NCBI GenBank assembly: GCA_020248985.1
Contig: JADCGL010000021.1
Span: 2,701-66,700, forward strand
DNA: 64,000 bases
Reading direction: 5' to 3'
From: Telmatospirillum sp.
Lineage (GTDB): Bacteria > Pseudomonadota > Alphaproteobacteria > CACIAM-22H2
Shown: piece after piece, positions 9,051 to 18,427 of the stretch
How positions within the stretch are numbered: position 1 is the first letter of the stretch
Layout: every line of letters starts with the position of its first letter
The notes under the pieces: generated by a model
Told to the model about the DNA's origin: nothing
Seen by the model: the letters and a program-made list of their open reading frames with translations, nothing else
The model's database searches: none
Translations under genes and position numbers: made by a program

Positions 9051-10334
9051 ATGGCCATATTCAATCGTCGCCAATTCGGCGCCTTGGCTGCCGCCGGTGC
9101 GGCAAGTCTTGCGATCCGTCCGGCCGCTGCCCAGGCAGGCCAGATGAACTTCATGAGCTTCTCCTACGCCGAAGAGCCCAACAAACCGTTTGTCGTCTCG
9201 ATGATCGACAAATTCAAAACCACCAGCGGCGTCACAGTCGAACCGCTCGCGACCGCCTGGGGCGATACGCAGCGCAACGTGATGCTGCGCCAACGCTCGC
9301 GCACGCTGCCCGACAGCGTGCAATTGCAGGATCGCTGGCTTCCTTCGATGGCGGCACTGCCCGAGATCGTCGATCTCGACACGCTGCTCGGCCGCCCCGC
9401 GATCGAAGCGGCCTTGGCGCCCACAGCCTTGGGCCTGGGTCGGGTGGGCGGCAAACAGATCGGCATTCCGCTCATTTCAGGCTCGGTCGGCATGGTCGCC
9501 AATTCCGAAGTGCTCGCCAAAGCGGGCGTTTCCAAAATTCCCGAAACACTGGCCGAATTCCGCACGGCTTTGATTGCCGTGCGCGACAAGGTCCCGAACT
9601 CGGTGCCGTTCGCGATGGCCACCAAGAACCCCGCCTCAATCCCGCTCGACGTGCTGCTGATCTATTGGGCGTTCGGTGCGCGCATGATCGATGAAGCAGG
9701 CGAAGTGCATGTCGCCTCCGCGGAGGGCAAGGCCGCAATGGACTTCATTGCGGGCCTCATGAAAGACCGGCTTGTCGCACCCGAGATCGACCGGCCGGAC
9801 TCGCGCCGTCTGTTCGCACAAGGCAACGCGGCGTTCTATTTCGATCCGCCTGTTGCGCGCACATTTGCGCGCAGCTTCTCGGGCCGCGGGCCCGCGGCCG
9901 ACGCGTTTGTCGTGCCGATGAAAACGCCGGTGCTTAAAGCAGGCGACGTGCCGCGTTCGGTCGAATGGGGCCATATCGTGACGCTGTTCAACACGCCGGC
10001 CAATCGCGACCGCAATGGCCCGGGTGCGAAATGGATCTCGCATATTCTTTCCGATGCCGTGCAGACGACATTTCCGCTGGAAGTGGGCGGCCTGCCCGTC
10101 ACCAAATCCGGGCGTGCCGCGCCGGTCGTGCAGAACGATCCGTTCCTCAAGGCCTGGGCCGAGGTCACCGTCGCCACGGGCAAACACGAGATCGGCATCT
10201 GGGACAACTCGCCCGAACTTTCGACGATCTTGAGCGAGGAAACCCAAGCGGCCTTGCTCGGCCAGAAGACGGCGAGTGCCGCTGCGGACTCCATGCAAGC
10301 GCGCATGAAGGCCTCGATGGCCAAGCGCGGCTGA
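9051..10334 (+). CDS. Sugar ABC transporter substrate-binding protein (SBP family 1) with a Tat/Sec signal
   Basis: MAIFNRRQFGALAAAGAASLAIRPAAAQA signal peptide, with a GAGGGG RBS upstream. The rest matches extracellular solute-binding family 1. Confidence 0.85.
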   Translation: MAIFNRRQFGALAAAGAASLAIRPAAAQAGQMNFMSFSYAEEPNKPFVVSMIDKFKTTSGVTVEPLATAWGDTQRNVMLRQRSRTLPDSVQLQDRWLPSMAALPEIVDLDTLLGRPAIEAALAPTALGLGRVGGKQIGIPLISGSVGMVANSEVLAKAGVSKIPETLAEFRTALIAVRDKVPNSVPFAMATKNPASIPLDVLLIYWAFGARMIDEAGEVHVASAEGKAAMDFIAGLMKDRLVAPEIDRPDSRRLFAQGNAAFYFDPPVARTFARSFSGRGPAADAFVVPMKTPVLKAGDVPRSVEWGHIVTLFNTPANRDRNGPGAKWISHILSDAVQTTFPLEVGGLPVTKSGRAAPVVQNDPFLKAWAEVTVATGKHEIGIWDNSPELSTILSEETQAALLGQKTASAAADSMQARMKASMAKRG

Positions 10335-10336
10335 CG

Positions 10337-11272
10337 ATGGCCTCGAGCGCAGCCGTCGAGAGTCCGCCCCTTCGCATCTCCCCCGCCGCACGGCGGGGGG
10401 GATTGAAGGCCAATGAGCGGCGCATCGGCTGGCTGTTTCTCGTCCCTGCCCTGCTCGCTTTCGCCGGCGTGATCGCACTGCCGTTCGTGCGCGCCCTCGG
10501 CATTGCGTTCACGCGCAACGATCTGCGCACGCCCGTACCTCGTTTCATCGGCTTCGACAATTTCAAGACAATCCTCGCCTCGCCCGAGATCATGGGTTCG
10601 TTCGTCACGACCGCGATCTACGTGACGGCCGCGACCGCGTTCACGCTTGTGCTTGGCCTCGCCTGGGCTTTGATCCTGAACCAACCTTTTCGCGGCCGCA
10701 CGGCCTTGCGCGCAGCCTCGCTGATCCCGTGGGTGCTGCCGAGCACAGTCACGGCCTTCGTGTGGGGCTGGATCTTCAACAGCCGCTACGGCGTCTTGAA
10801 TGCGGGCCTCATCGAACTTGGCCTCATCGACCGCCAGCAGGCCTGGCTGTCGGACGCGACGGGCGCCATGACCGCCGTCGTCGTCACGAAGGTCTGGCTG
10901 TCGATCCCGCTTTTCATGTCGTTTTTCCTCGCCGGGCTCCAGAGCCTCGACCGCGAGCAGGTCGATGCTGCGCGCGTGGACGGTGCGGGAAACTTCGCAA
11001 TCCTGCGCGACCATATCCTGCCGCATCTGCGCCCCGTGGTGCTGGTGGTCATCGTGCTTGGCCTCATCGGCAATCTGCAGCATTTCGACACGATCTACGC
11101 GCTCACGAGCGGCGGCCCGGTGCGCGCCACGACCGTGCTGTCGATCGAAGTCTTTCGCCGCGCCTTCGACCAGTGGGATTTGGGCCTCGCCTCGGCAGTC
11201 GGCCTTCTATGGGTCGCGACAATCATGCCTGCGGCCTATTTCTATCTGCGCCATCTGCTGCGCGGGGTCTAG
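10337..11272 (+). CDS. Sugar ABC transporter permease (MalF/UgpA-like)
   Basis: In-frame ATG 3 nt after the SBP stop. Six TM helices and the EAA-loop region (…ALQSLDREQVDAARVDGAG…). Confidence 0.85.
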   Translation: MASSAAVESPPLRISPAARRGGLKANERRIGWLFLVPALLAFAGVIALPFVRALGIAFTRNDLRTPVPRFIGFDNFKTILASPEIMGSFVTTAIYVTAATAFTLVLGLAWALILNQPFRGRTALRAASLIPWVLPSTVTAFVWGWIFNSRYGVLNAGLIELGLIDRQQAWLSDATGAMTAVVVTKVWLSIPLFMSFFLAGLQSLDREQVDAARVDGAGNFAILRDHILPHLRPVVLVVIVLGLIGNLQHFDTIYALTSGGPVRATTVLSIEVFRRAFDQWDLGLASAVGLLWVATIMPAAYFYLRHLLRGV

Positions 11273-11275
11273 GCG

Positions 11276-12112
11276 ATGTTCGATCTCTCCTCGCTAACCG
11301 CCCGCACGATCTTCGCGCTCTGCGCCGTCGCGATCGGCTTTTTCCTGTTCTTCCCGATCTATTGGCTCGCGATCTCGGCCTTCAAAGGCAATGCCGAGCT
11401 CTACCGCATCGTGCCCACTTTGTGGCCGCATGCGCCCACGCTCGACAATTTCGAAACCGCAATTACGCGCGGCAAGCTGCTGCTGCATCTCAAAAACAGC
11501 CTGATCGTGTCGGGCAGTGCGGCCGCGATCAATTCTCTGCTCGCGATGTATGCGGGCTATTCCTTCGCGAAGTTCCAGTATCCCGCGCGGCGGGCGGTCA
11601 TGCTGCTGCTGCTGTCGGCCCAGGTTTTCCCGTTCGGGCTGCTGCTGATCAGCCTCTATCCGATGATGACCGATCTGGGCCTCATCGATACGCGGCCGGG
11701 GCTCGTTCTGTCCTACATCGTGTTCGCGCTGCCGGTATCCACCTACATGCTCTACAGCTATTTCAGCCAGGTGCCGAGCGAACTCATCGAGGCCGCACGC
11801 GCCGACGGGGCGAGCGAGCTACGCATCTTCCACACGATCGTGCTGCCGGTTTCGATCCCGGCCGTGGTCACCGTTTTTCTCTACGGCTTCATGTGGTCGT
11901 GGAACGATCTGCTCTACGCGATGACGCTGATCGTTTCGGAAGACAAGCGCACGGTCGGGCCCGGCCTGCTGCTGAGCTATCTCAACGAAGTCAATGCCGA
12001 CTGGGGCGGCGCAATGGCGGCCTCACTCGTGGCATCGCTGCCGATCGTGATTGCGTTCGGTTTTCTGCAACGGTGGTTCATCCAAGGCGTCACAGCAGGA
12101 TCAGTCAAATGA
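11276..12112 (+). CDS. Sugar ABC transporter permease (MalG/UgpE-like)
   Basis: 278 aa with an EAA motif (ELIEAARADGASELRIFHTIVLP). Confidence 0.9.
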   Translation: MFDLSSLTARTIFALCAVAIGFFLFFPIYWLAISAFKGNAELYRIVPTLWPHAPTLDNFETAITRGKLLLHLKNSLIVSGSAAAINSLLAMYAGYSFAKFQYPARRAVMLLLLSAQVFPFGLLLISLYPMMTDLGLIDTRPGLVLSYIVFALPVSTYMLYSYFSQVPSELIEAARADGASELRIFHTIVLPVSIPAVVTVFLYGFMWSWNDLLYAMTLIVSEDKRTVGPGLLLSYLNEVNADWGGAMAASLVASLPIVIAFGFLQRWFIQGVTAGSVK

Positions 12113-13026
12113 GCGAACTTTCGGGCGTGTTTCCGGTATTGCCGACCCCGTTCACGCCGCAAGGGGCGGTCGATCGTGCGGCCTTCGCGCGTATCTTCGA
12201 TTTTGTGCTCGCAAGCGGGGCCGACGGAATCGTGTTCCCGGGCATGGCGAGCGAGGTCGAAAAACTCACGACCGACGAGCGCGCCGATCTCGTGGCGTTT
12301 CTGGGCGAACGCCTTGCAGGCCGAATCCCGTTCATCGTCGGTGCGAGTGCCGCGACACCGGAAGCTGCCGCAAGCTTTGCCGAAGCGGGCCGCAAGGCCG
12401 GGGCTGTTGCCGCAATGATCATGGCGCCGGCCGCGTGCGGCCAGGATGTGGCCGCGCACGTGGCCTACTACCGCGCCGTTTCCGAGCGCACGCCGCTGGC
12501 CTTGATGCTGCAGAATGCGCCCGCGCCGATGGGTGCCGGCCTCGCGCCCGAATTGGTGGCCGAGATCGCGACGCAAGTGCCGGCCATTCGCTACGTCAAA
12601 GAAGAGACGCTGCCCTGCGGCCAGCACGTGACCAAAATCCTGGCCGCGACCAAGGGCAGTCTTGCCGGCGTGTTCGGCGGCGCCGGTGCGCGCTATGTGC
12701 TCGACGAGCTTGCGCGCGGGGCCAGCGGCACCATGCCCGCAAGCGAACTTGCCGACGTGCATGTAGCCCTGATGCGCGCCTGGAAGGGCGGCGACCGCAA
12801 TCGCGCGCGCGCGCTTTATTCGCGTACGCTGCCGCTCTTGCTGTTCCAGGCGATCTTCCGCGTGCGCGCGACCAAAGCGCTGCTGCGGATGCGCGGGCTT
12901 CTCGACTGCACGGTGGCGCGTGCCGCCGGCCCCGAATTCGACGCGCACGACAGCGATGAATTCGCCATCCTTGCCGCCGAAGCCGCCGACCTGTTCTCGG
13001 CCCACAAGCTGAAAGAAAGTGCGTGA
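12109..13026 (+). CDS. DapA-family (dihydrodipicolinate synthase-like) lyase; probable 2-keto-3-deoxy sugar-acid aldolase or dehydratase
   Basis: VFPVLPTPFT…GADGIVFPGMASEVEKLTTDER matches the DapA/NAL family. ATGA overlap with the upstream permease. Confidence 0.85.
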   Translation: MSELSGVFPVLPTPFTPQGAVDRAAFARIFDFVLASGADGIVFPGMASEVEKLTTDERADLVAFLGERLAGRIPFIVGASAATPEAAASFAEAGRKAGAVAAMIMAPAACGQDVAAHVAYYRAVSERTPLALMLQNAPAPMGAGLAPELVAEIATQVPAIRYVKEETLPCGQHVTKILAATKGSLAGVFGGAGARYVLDELARGASGTMPASELADVHVALMRAWKGGDRNRARALYSRTLPLLLFQAIFRVRATKALLRMRGLLDCTVARAAGPEFDAHDSDEFAILAAEAADLFSAHKLKESA

Positions 13027-13027
13027 C

Positions 13028-14203
13028 ATGCCGCCGCTCGATGCGATCGCCAAAGTCGAAAGCTTCATCGTTTCCATCCCACGCGACGTGCCCTATCTGG
13101 GGCCGCTGCGCGAGGGCGAGAGCATCAACGAGAAGGGATATCTCGTCCGCAAGGGCAACCGGTCGATCTATCCGTCGTCCGACATGTCGGTGCTGGTGAA
13201 AATCACCGGCGAGAGCGGCAAGGTCGGTTGGGGCGAAACCTACGGCATCGTGGCGCCGCACGCGGTCAAAGCCATCATCGACGACGTGCTCGGCCCCGTG
13301 ATGCGCGGGCGCGATCCTTCGGACCCCGTGGTGCTGCACGAAGATCTCTACGACCTCATGCGCGTGCGCGGCTTCTTCGGCGGCTACTATGTCGACAGCC
13401 TCGCCGGCGTGGATATTGCCGTGTGGGATCTCTACGGCAAGCTGGCGGGCCTGCCGCTCGCCAATTTGCTCGGCGGCGTGCGCACGCGCACGCTTCCGGC
13501 CTACGTGTCGGGGCTGCCGAAAGCCACGTTGCGCGAGCGCTGCGATCTTGCGGTCGAGTGGGTTGGCAAAGGGTACGACGCGATCAAGTTCGCGGCCGCC
13601 ATGTCCGACGACGGCATTGTGAAAGAGATGGCCGCCTTGCGCGAAGCGGTCGGCCCCAATATCCGTCTGATGGTCGATCTGCATTGGAAGTTCGAAGCGG
13701 CCGAGGCCATCCGCCTCATCCGAAAGCTCGAAGCCTACGACCTCTATTTTGCCGAAGCCCCGTGCGAGCCCGAAGACTTGGAAGGCCAAGTCGCCGTGGC
13801 GCGCGGCATCGGCACCGCATTGGCGCTCGGCGAAGAATGGCGCACCGTGTTCGAATACCGGCCGCGCTTCGTGGCCCGCGCCATGGGCATCATCCAGCCC
13901 GAGATGGGCCATACGGGCGTGACCGAGTTCCTTCAGATCGGCCGCATGGCGCATGCCTTCCACGTGCAAACGATCCCGCACGCTTCGATCGGCATCGGCG
14001 TGTTCATGGCCGCAAGCCTGCATGCGACCGCGTCCTTGAAGCGCGTGCCGTACCACGAATACCAGCACTCGATCTTCGACAAAAACCTCGCCTACGTGAC
14101 CGGCGACATGGCGTGCAAGGCGGGGGCCTACACGCTGCCGAGCGGCCCCGGGCACGGCGTGGAGCCCGCCCCTGCCGTGTTCAACCACATCGTCAAAGGC
14201 TAG
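13028..14203 (+). CDS. Enolase-superfamily enzyme of the mandelate racemase/muconate lactonizing group; probable sugar-acid dehydratase or lactone cycloisomerase
   Basis: MR/MLE N- and C-domain pattern (…KVGWGETYG…, metal-ligand region KFEAAEA…DLYFAEAP…GEEW). The longest-ORF start is a GTG at 13019. Confidence 0.85.
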   Translation: MPPLDAIAKVESFIVSIPRDVPYLGPLREGESINEKGYLVRKGNRSIYPSSDMSVLVKITGESGKVGWGETYGIVAPHAVKAIIDDVLGPVMRGRDPSDPVVLHEDLYDLMRVRGFFGGYYVDSLAGVDIAVWDLYGKLAGLPLANLLGGVRTRTLPAYVSGLPKATLRERCDLAVEWVGKGYDAIKFAAAMSDDGIVKEMAALREAVGPNIRLMVDLHWKFEAAEAIRLIRKLEAYDLYFAEAPCEPEDLEGQVAVARGIGTALALGEEWRTVFEYRPRFVARAMGIIQPEMGHTGVTEFLQIGRMAHAFHVQTIPHASIGIGVFMAASLHATASLKRVPYHEYQHSIFDKNLAYVTGDMACKAGAYTLPSGPGHGVEPAPAVFNHIVKG

Positions 14204-14208
14204 GACCG

Positions 14209-15117
14209 ATGCACCGTTTCGAGGGCATCTATCCGATCCTCTATTGCTTCTACGGCAGCGACGGTGCGCTCGACGAAGGGGCGATGCGCGCCCAAGTCGA
14301 ACATTGCATCGCCGCCGGCGCGCACGGCATTGCCGTGTTGGGCCTCGTGACCGAGGTCCACAAACTCGACACGGCCGAGCGGCGCCGTTTGGTCGAAACC
14401 GTCGGTGCCGCGATCGGCGGGCGGATTCCTTATGCCGTGACCGTCGGCGAGCCGACGGTCGAAGGCCAGATCGAATTCGCGCGCATGGCGCGTGCGAACG
14501 GGGCGGCCTGGGCGATCCTGCAGCCCCCACCCGGCAAGGGCCTCGACGTTTCGGCTTTGCAGCGCCATTTCGGCAGCGTTGCCGATGCGCTCGATTTTCC
14601 GGTGGCGATCCAGAACAACCCCGTGAATCTCGACAGCTCGATGAAACCGCTCGAACTGGCCGATCTCGTTTCGCGGCACGCCAATATCGGCTTGCTGAAG
14701 GCCGAAGGCTGGTCGGTCGATATCGCGACGACGCTTGGCGCCCTCGGCGGCAAGGTCGATGCGTTCGGCGGGCATGGCGGGCTCGAATTTCTTTCGCTGC
14801 TGCGCAGCGGCGGGGCGGGCCTGATCCCGGCTCCGGATTGCGTGGCGATCCAGGTCGAAATCTTCCGTGCCTTTCGCGAAGGCACGCAAGCTTCTCTCGC
14901 CCGCGCCCAGCGTCTGCACGAAGCCGTGCTGCCGTTGATCGTTTTCATGACGCGCGGCGTCCCCGGCATTCTATGCTACGGCAAGCGGCTGATGGCGCGT
15001 CGGCTCGGCATTTCCAATGTCGTGGACCGCGCACCCGCTTTGACGCCGACCGATTTCGGCATGGCCGAATTGGAACGCCTGCTCGACGCTGCCTATACGA
15101 TCGAAAAAACGCTCTAA
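14209..15117 (+). CDS. DapA-family lyase (second paralog in the cluster)
   Basis: IYPILYCFYGSDGALDEGAMRAQVEHCIAAGAHGIAVLGLVTEVHKL matches the DapA family. The ORF-track start at 13228 is spurious read-through. Confidence 0.85.
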   Translation: MHRFEGIYPILYCFYGSDGALDEGAMRAQVEHCIAAGAHGIAVLGLVTEVHKLDTAERRRLVETVGAAIGGRIPYAVTVGEPTVEGQIEFARMARANGAAWAILQPPPGKGLDVSALQRHFGSVADALDFPVAIQNNPVNLDSSMKPLELADLVSRHANIGLLKAEGWSVDIATTLGALGGKVDAFGGHGGLEFLSLLRSGGAGLIPAPDCVAIQVEIFRAFREGTQASLARAQRLHEAVLPLIVFMTRGVPGILCYGKRLMARRLGISNVVDRAPALTPTDFGMAELERLLDAAYTIEKTL

Positions 15118-15139
15118 GAAAAAACCAACGGAGGAAACC

Positions 15140-16381
15140 ATGGAACGCCGGACCTTTCTGACGGGCGCACTTGCCGCCGCCGCCGCTGCGCATTCGGCCG
15201 CCGCCCAGACGCCTGCCCTCGTGCTCGATTTTCCGAGCTGGCAGGCCGAGGAGCCCGGCGTTTCGGGCTGGTGGAAGGCCGTGATCGCCGAGTTCGAAGC
15301 AGCGAACCCCGGCACCAAAGTGAATTTCTATTCGATCCCGTTCACGCAGTATGTGCAGCAATTGACCGTGCGCTTCGCGGGCAACAATGCGCCGGACATC
15401 GTGCATCTGCCGACGCGGAATTTCGCGGCGTTTGCTTCGCAAGGCTGGCTTGCCCCGCTCGACGACCGGCTTGCCCGCACCGACATTCTGCAGAGCTGGA
15501 CGCCGCTGCAGTCCGAGATGAAGTGGGAGGGCAAAACCCAAGGCCTGCTGCTGATGGGCTATGGCAGCCTGCTCTACTACAACGAAAAGCTGCTTGCCGA
15601 TGCGGGGCTTTCCGTGCCCACCACGCCGGCGCAATGGCTCGAGGCGATCGAGAAGACCACGAAGCGCGACCAGGGCCAGTTTGGCCTCGTGGCGACCTCG
15701 ATCGAGCATCCCAATCTTGTGGTCGAAGCGGGTACCTGGGTCATGGGCCAGGGCCTCGATTGGCTGCGCCAGGGCCGCTACGATTTCGGCAATGCGCAGG
15801 TCGTGGCGGCGGTCGACCAGTATCGCCGCTCGATGCGCTTTGCCCCGCCGGGCATGAACTCGACGACCGGCCGCCAGCTCTTCATCGACGGCAAGGCGAC
15901 CTTCCTGCGCGACGGGCCGTGGGTGTGGGCCTTCGTGGCGCGCGCACCCGAAGCCATACGCCCCCATCTTAAAGTGGCCCGCGTGCCGTTCCCGCACGAA
16001 ACCGGCGGCACGTCGAACAGCCTGCACATGCCAGCGAACCTTGCGGCCAACAAGCGCGAGCTTGTGTGGAAATTCTTCGAGCTCGCCGCGAGCCCGAAAT
16101 GGCAGGCCGAATACGTGGTGCAGGCTGCCTCGCCAGCCCCGCGCCGCGGCGCACTTGGGGCGGACGCCGCCGCACGCCTGCCGCATCTGAAGCTCGTGAT
16201 GGATGCGGCGGCGAGTGCCGTGTCCGTCTTCCCGACCAATCCCGCCTTGATGGAGGGCTACAACGAATACGCCTCGATCTTCGGGCGCGCGATGATGCGG
16301 CTGATCTCGACCGAAGAACCTACGCCGGCCGTGATGGCGGGCCTGCAGCGCGAACTCGAACGCGCGGTTCCGCTGCGGTGA
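15140..16381 (+). CDS. Sugar ABC transporter substrate-binding protein (SBP family 1) with a Tat signal
   Basis: MERRTFLTGALAAAAAAHSAAAQ signal peptide and a GGAGGA RBS. Confidence 0.85.
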   Translation: MERRTFLTGALAAAAAAHSAAAQTPALVLDFPSWQAEEPGVSGWWKAVIAEFEAANPGTKVNFYSIPFTQYVQQLTVRFAGNNAPDIVHLPTRNFAAFASQGWLAPLDDRLARTDILQSWTPLQSEMKWEGKTQGLLLMGYGSLLYYNEKLLADAGLSVPTTPAQWLEAIEKTTKRDQGQFGLVATSIEHPNLVVEAGTWVMGQGLDWLRQGRYDFGNAQVVAAVDQYRRSMRFAPPGMNSTTGRQLFIDGKATFLRDGPWVWAFVARAPEAIRPHLKVARVPFPHETGGTSNSLHMPANLAANKRELVWKFFELAASPKWQAEYVVQAASPAPRRGALGADAAARLPHLKLVMDAAASAVSVFPTNPALMEGYNEYASIFGRAMMRLISTEEPTPAVMAGLQRELERAVPLR

Positions 16382-17277
16382 TGCGAGCCTACTTCCGGCG
16401 GCGGCGGCAGACCTTCATCGCCTACGGTCTGCTCAGCCCCGCCTTTCTGATGGTCGCGGGACTCATCGTGTATCCGCTCTACACAGTGTTCGCGACCAGC
16501 CTGCGCGAGGGCCGCGCGCCGAACATCGCGCGGCTCGACCGCTTGCCGCTCGGCTTCGGCAATTTCCTGCGCGCCCTTGGCGACGAACAAGTCTGGCATT
16601 CGGCTGCCGTGACCCTGTTCTACGCCGCCGGCACGATCGTTCCGTCCTTTGCGATCGGCCTCGGCATTGCCTTGCTGCTGAACCGCGATTTTCCGGGGCG
16701 GCGCTATGTGCGAAGCCTCATGCTGCTGCCCTGGGCCGTACCCGGCGTGGTTGCAGCGATCGCGTTCCTGTGGATGTTCGATGCGTCCTACGGCGTCGTG
16801 AATTCGGTCTTGCGCCGCTTGGGCCTCGTCACGGCCGACATCGCCTGGTTCGTCGACGGCGACACGGCACTCTATGCCGTGCTGCTGCCGACGATCTGGA
16901 AATGCTTCCCGTTTTTCACGCTCACGCTGCTCGCCGCTTTGCAGTCCGTACCGCAGGCTTTGTACGAAGCCGCCCGCATCGACGGTGCGGGCAGTGCTGC
17001 CGAATTCCGCTACGTGACCTGGCCCGGCATTCGCAGCGCGGCGGTGCTCGCCGTGATCCTGCAGACATTGTGGGTCGTCAAAGATTTCGACCTCGTGTTT
17101 GCCACGACCGGCGGCGGCCCTTCGCGCGCCACGCAGACATTGTCGATGTTCGTCTACGAAGAGGCGTTCCAGTTTTTCCGCATGGGCTATGCCTCGGCCG
17201 TCGGCGTGCTGATGCTGTTCGTGTGCGCGGGCCTCGCTTTCGTAGCGATGCGCTGGGGCAAGCAGGAGGGCCAATGA
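16381..17277 (+). CDS. Sugar ABC transporter permease
   Basis: Its ATG overlaps the SBP stop (TGATG). Permease fold with an EAA region (LYEAARIDGAGS). Confidence 0.85.
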   Translation: MRAYFRRRRQTFIAYGLLSPAFLMVAGLIVYPLYTVFATSLREGRAPNIARLDRLPLGFGNFLRALGDEQVWHSAAVTLFYAAGTIVPSFAIGLGIALLLNRDFPGRRYVRSLMLLPWAVPGVVAAIAFLWMFDASYGVVNSVLRRLGLVTADIAWFVDGDTALYAVLLPTIWKCFPFFTLTLLAALQSVPQALYEAARIDGAGSAAEFRYVTWPGIRSAAVLAVILQTLWVVKDFDLVFATTGGGPSRATQTLSMFVYEEAFQFFRMGYASAVGVLMLFVCAGLAFVAMRWGKQEGQ

Positions 17278-18110
17278 CGCGCAACCGCCTCCAAGGGCTC
17301 GCCACGCTTGCCGCGTGCTGTGCCATCGCCCTCGTGGTGCTGTTCCCGATCTACTGGATCGCGATGACGGCGATCCTGCCGACCGAGATCATGCTCTCGC
17401 GCAATCCGCCCTTGCTGCCCCCGCTCGACCGCGTGAGCCTTGCAGCCTATCCCGAGATCTTCGCCCGCAAGCCGATCCTTACCTGGCTCGCCAACAGCGT
17501 CATCGTGGCGCTCGGCACGCTGGCCGTGGCCATCGTGGCGGCCGCGATGGCGGGCTACAGCCTGTCGCGCTACCGCACCAAGGCGCAGCAGGCGATGGGG
17601 TTCGGCTTGCTTGCCAGCAAGATGCTGCCGGGGTCGCTGATCATCATTCCGTTTTTCATCCTGTTCTCGAAGGTCGGACTCATCGAGACCAAGACCGGCG
17701 TGGTCCTCGCCAACGCCGCCATCGCCGTGCCCTTCGCCACCTGGCTGCTGAAGGGCTTCTTCGACGCGATCCCGCGCGAGCTCGAACAGGCGGCGATGAT
17801 CGACGGCTGCAACGAATGGCAGGCCTTCCGCCATATCGTGCTGCCCCTCGCGCGCCCCGGGCTGGCCGCCTCGGCCACCTACGTTGCAATCGTGACCTGG
17901 GCCGATCTCGTCTTTGCACGCACGCTGATGAGCAAGCCCGAGAACTGGCTCATGACCGTCGGGCTGCAGTCCTTCATGGGCGAGTATCTCGTCGAATGGT
18001 CGGCGCTGATGGCGGCGGCGACCGTTTCCCTCCTGCCGATGCTTATTCTTTTTTTCCTTCTCGAGCCCTTCCTCGTGAAAGGCATGACGCAGGGCTCGCT
18101 GGCGAACTGA
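17274..18110 (+). CDS. Sugar ABC transporter permease
   Basis: ATGA overlap with the upstream gene. EAA region LEQAAMIDGCNEWQAFRHIVLP. Confidence 0.85.
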   Translation: MTRNRLQGLATLAACCAIALVVLFPIYWIAMTAILPTEIMLSRNPPLLPPLDRVSLAAYPEIFARKPILTWLANSVIVALGTLAVAIVAAAMAGYSLSRYRTKAQQAMGFGLLASKMLPGSLIIIPFFILFSKVGLIETKTGVVLANAAIAVPFATWLLKGFFDAIPRELEQAAMIDGCNEWQAFRHIVLPLARPGLAASATYVAIVTWADLVFARTLMSKPENWLMTVGLQSFMGEYLVEWSALMAAATVSLLPMLILFFLLEPFLVKGMTQGSLAN

Positions 18111-18171
18111 AGCTGCGGCATGCAACCGGCTGAATTACCCCATCGCCCGAAACAGGCAACATCCTGCGACA

Positions 18172-18190
18172 ATAGGTTACGGTAACCTAT
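18172..18190. promoter_or_regulatory. Inverted repeat ATAGGTTAC-g-GTAACCTAT (9-bp arms, 1-nt spacer); putative protein-binding site
   Basis: Read directly from the sequence. It is the first element of a GGTTAC/GTAACC half-site array spanning 18175-18241, in an unusually AT-rich spacer. Confidence 0.4.
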
Positions 18191-18368
18191 TTATCGCATT
18201 GATATTCAAATATTGTAACCACAATGCGGATTTCTGGTTACATGCTGCAAGGGGTATCCGGAACCGCTGTTCCAAGCACTTCATTCTTCACTTTTCAAAC
18301 AGCACACGCCGCCGCGAAACCGCGACGGCGATGGTTCCTGTTTAGCATAACTTCGACCGAAATAGGAG

Positions 18369-18402
18369 AATATGTTTAAGAAAGCGGTCGAACCTCGACC
18401 GC
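18369..18402 (-). terminator. Rho-independent terminator downstream of the cupin gene
   Basis: Stem GCGGTCGA / TCGACCGC at 18384-18402 with a 3-nt loop. On the minus strand it is followed by TTTCTTAAACATATT, and it lies 26 nt after the stop at 18428. Confidence 0.55.
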
Positions 18403-18427
18403 CTTCAAAGGCATGGCGTCGGAAGCT

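Noticed and set aside
18380-18406. Possible tRNA T-arm-like sequence GGTCGAACCTCGACC
   Set aside because: The loop is 3 nt, not 7. There are no acceptor or anticodon arms and no CCA context. It is better explained as the intrinsic terminator hairpin. No tRNA, rRNA or CRISPR repeats were found anywhere in the window.
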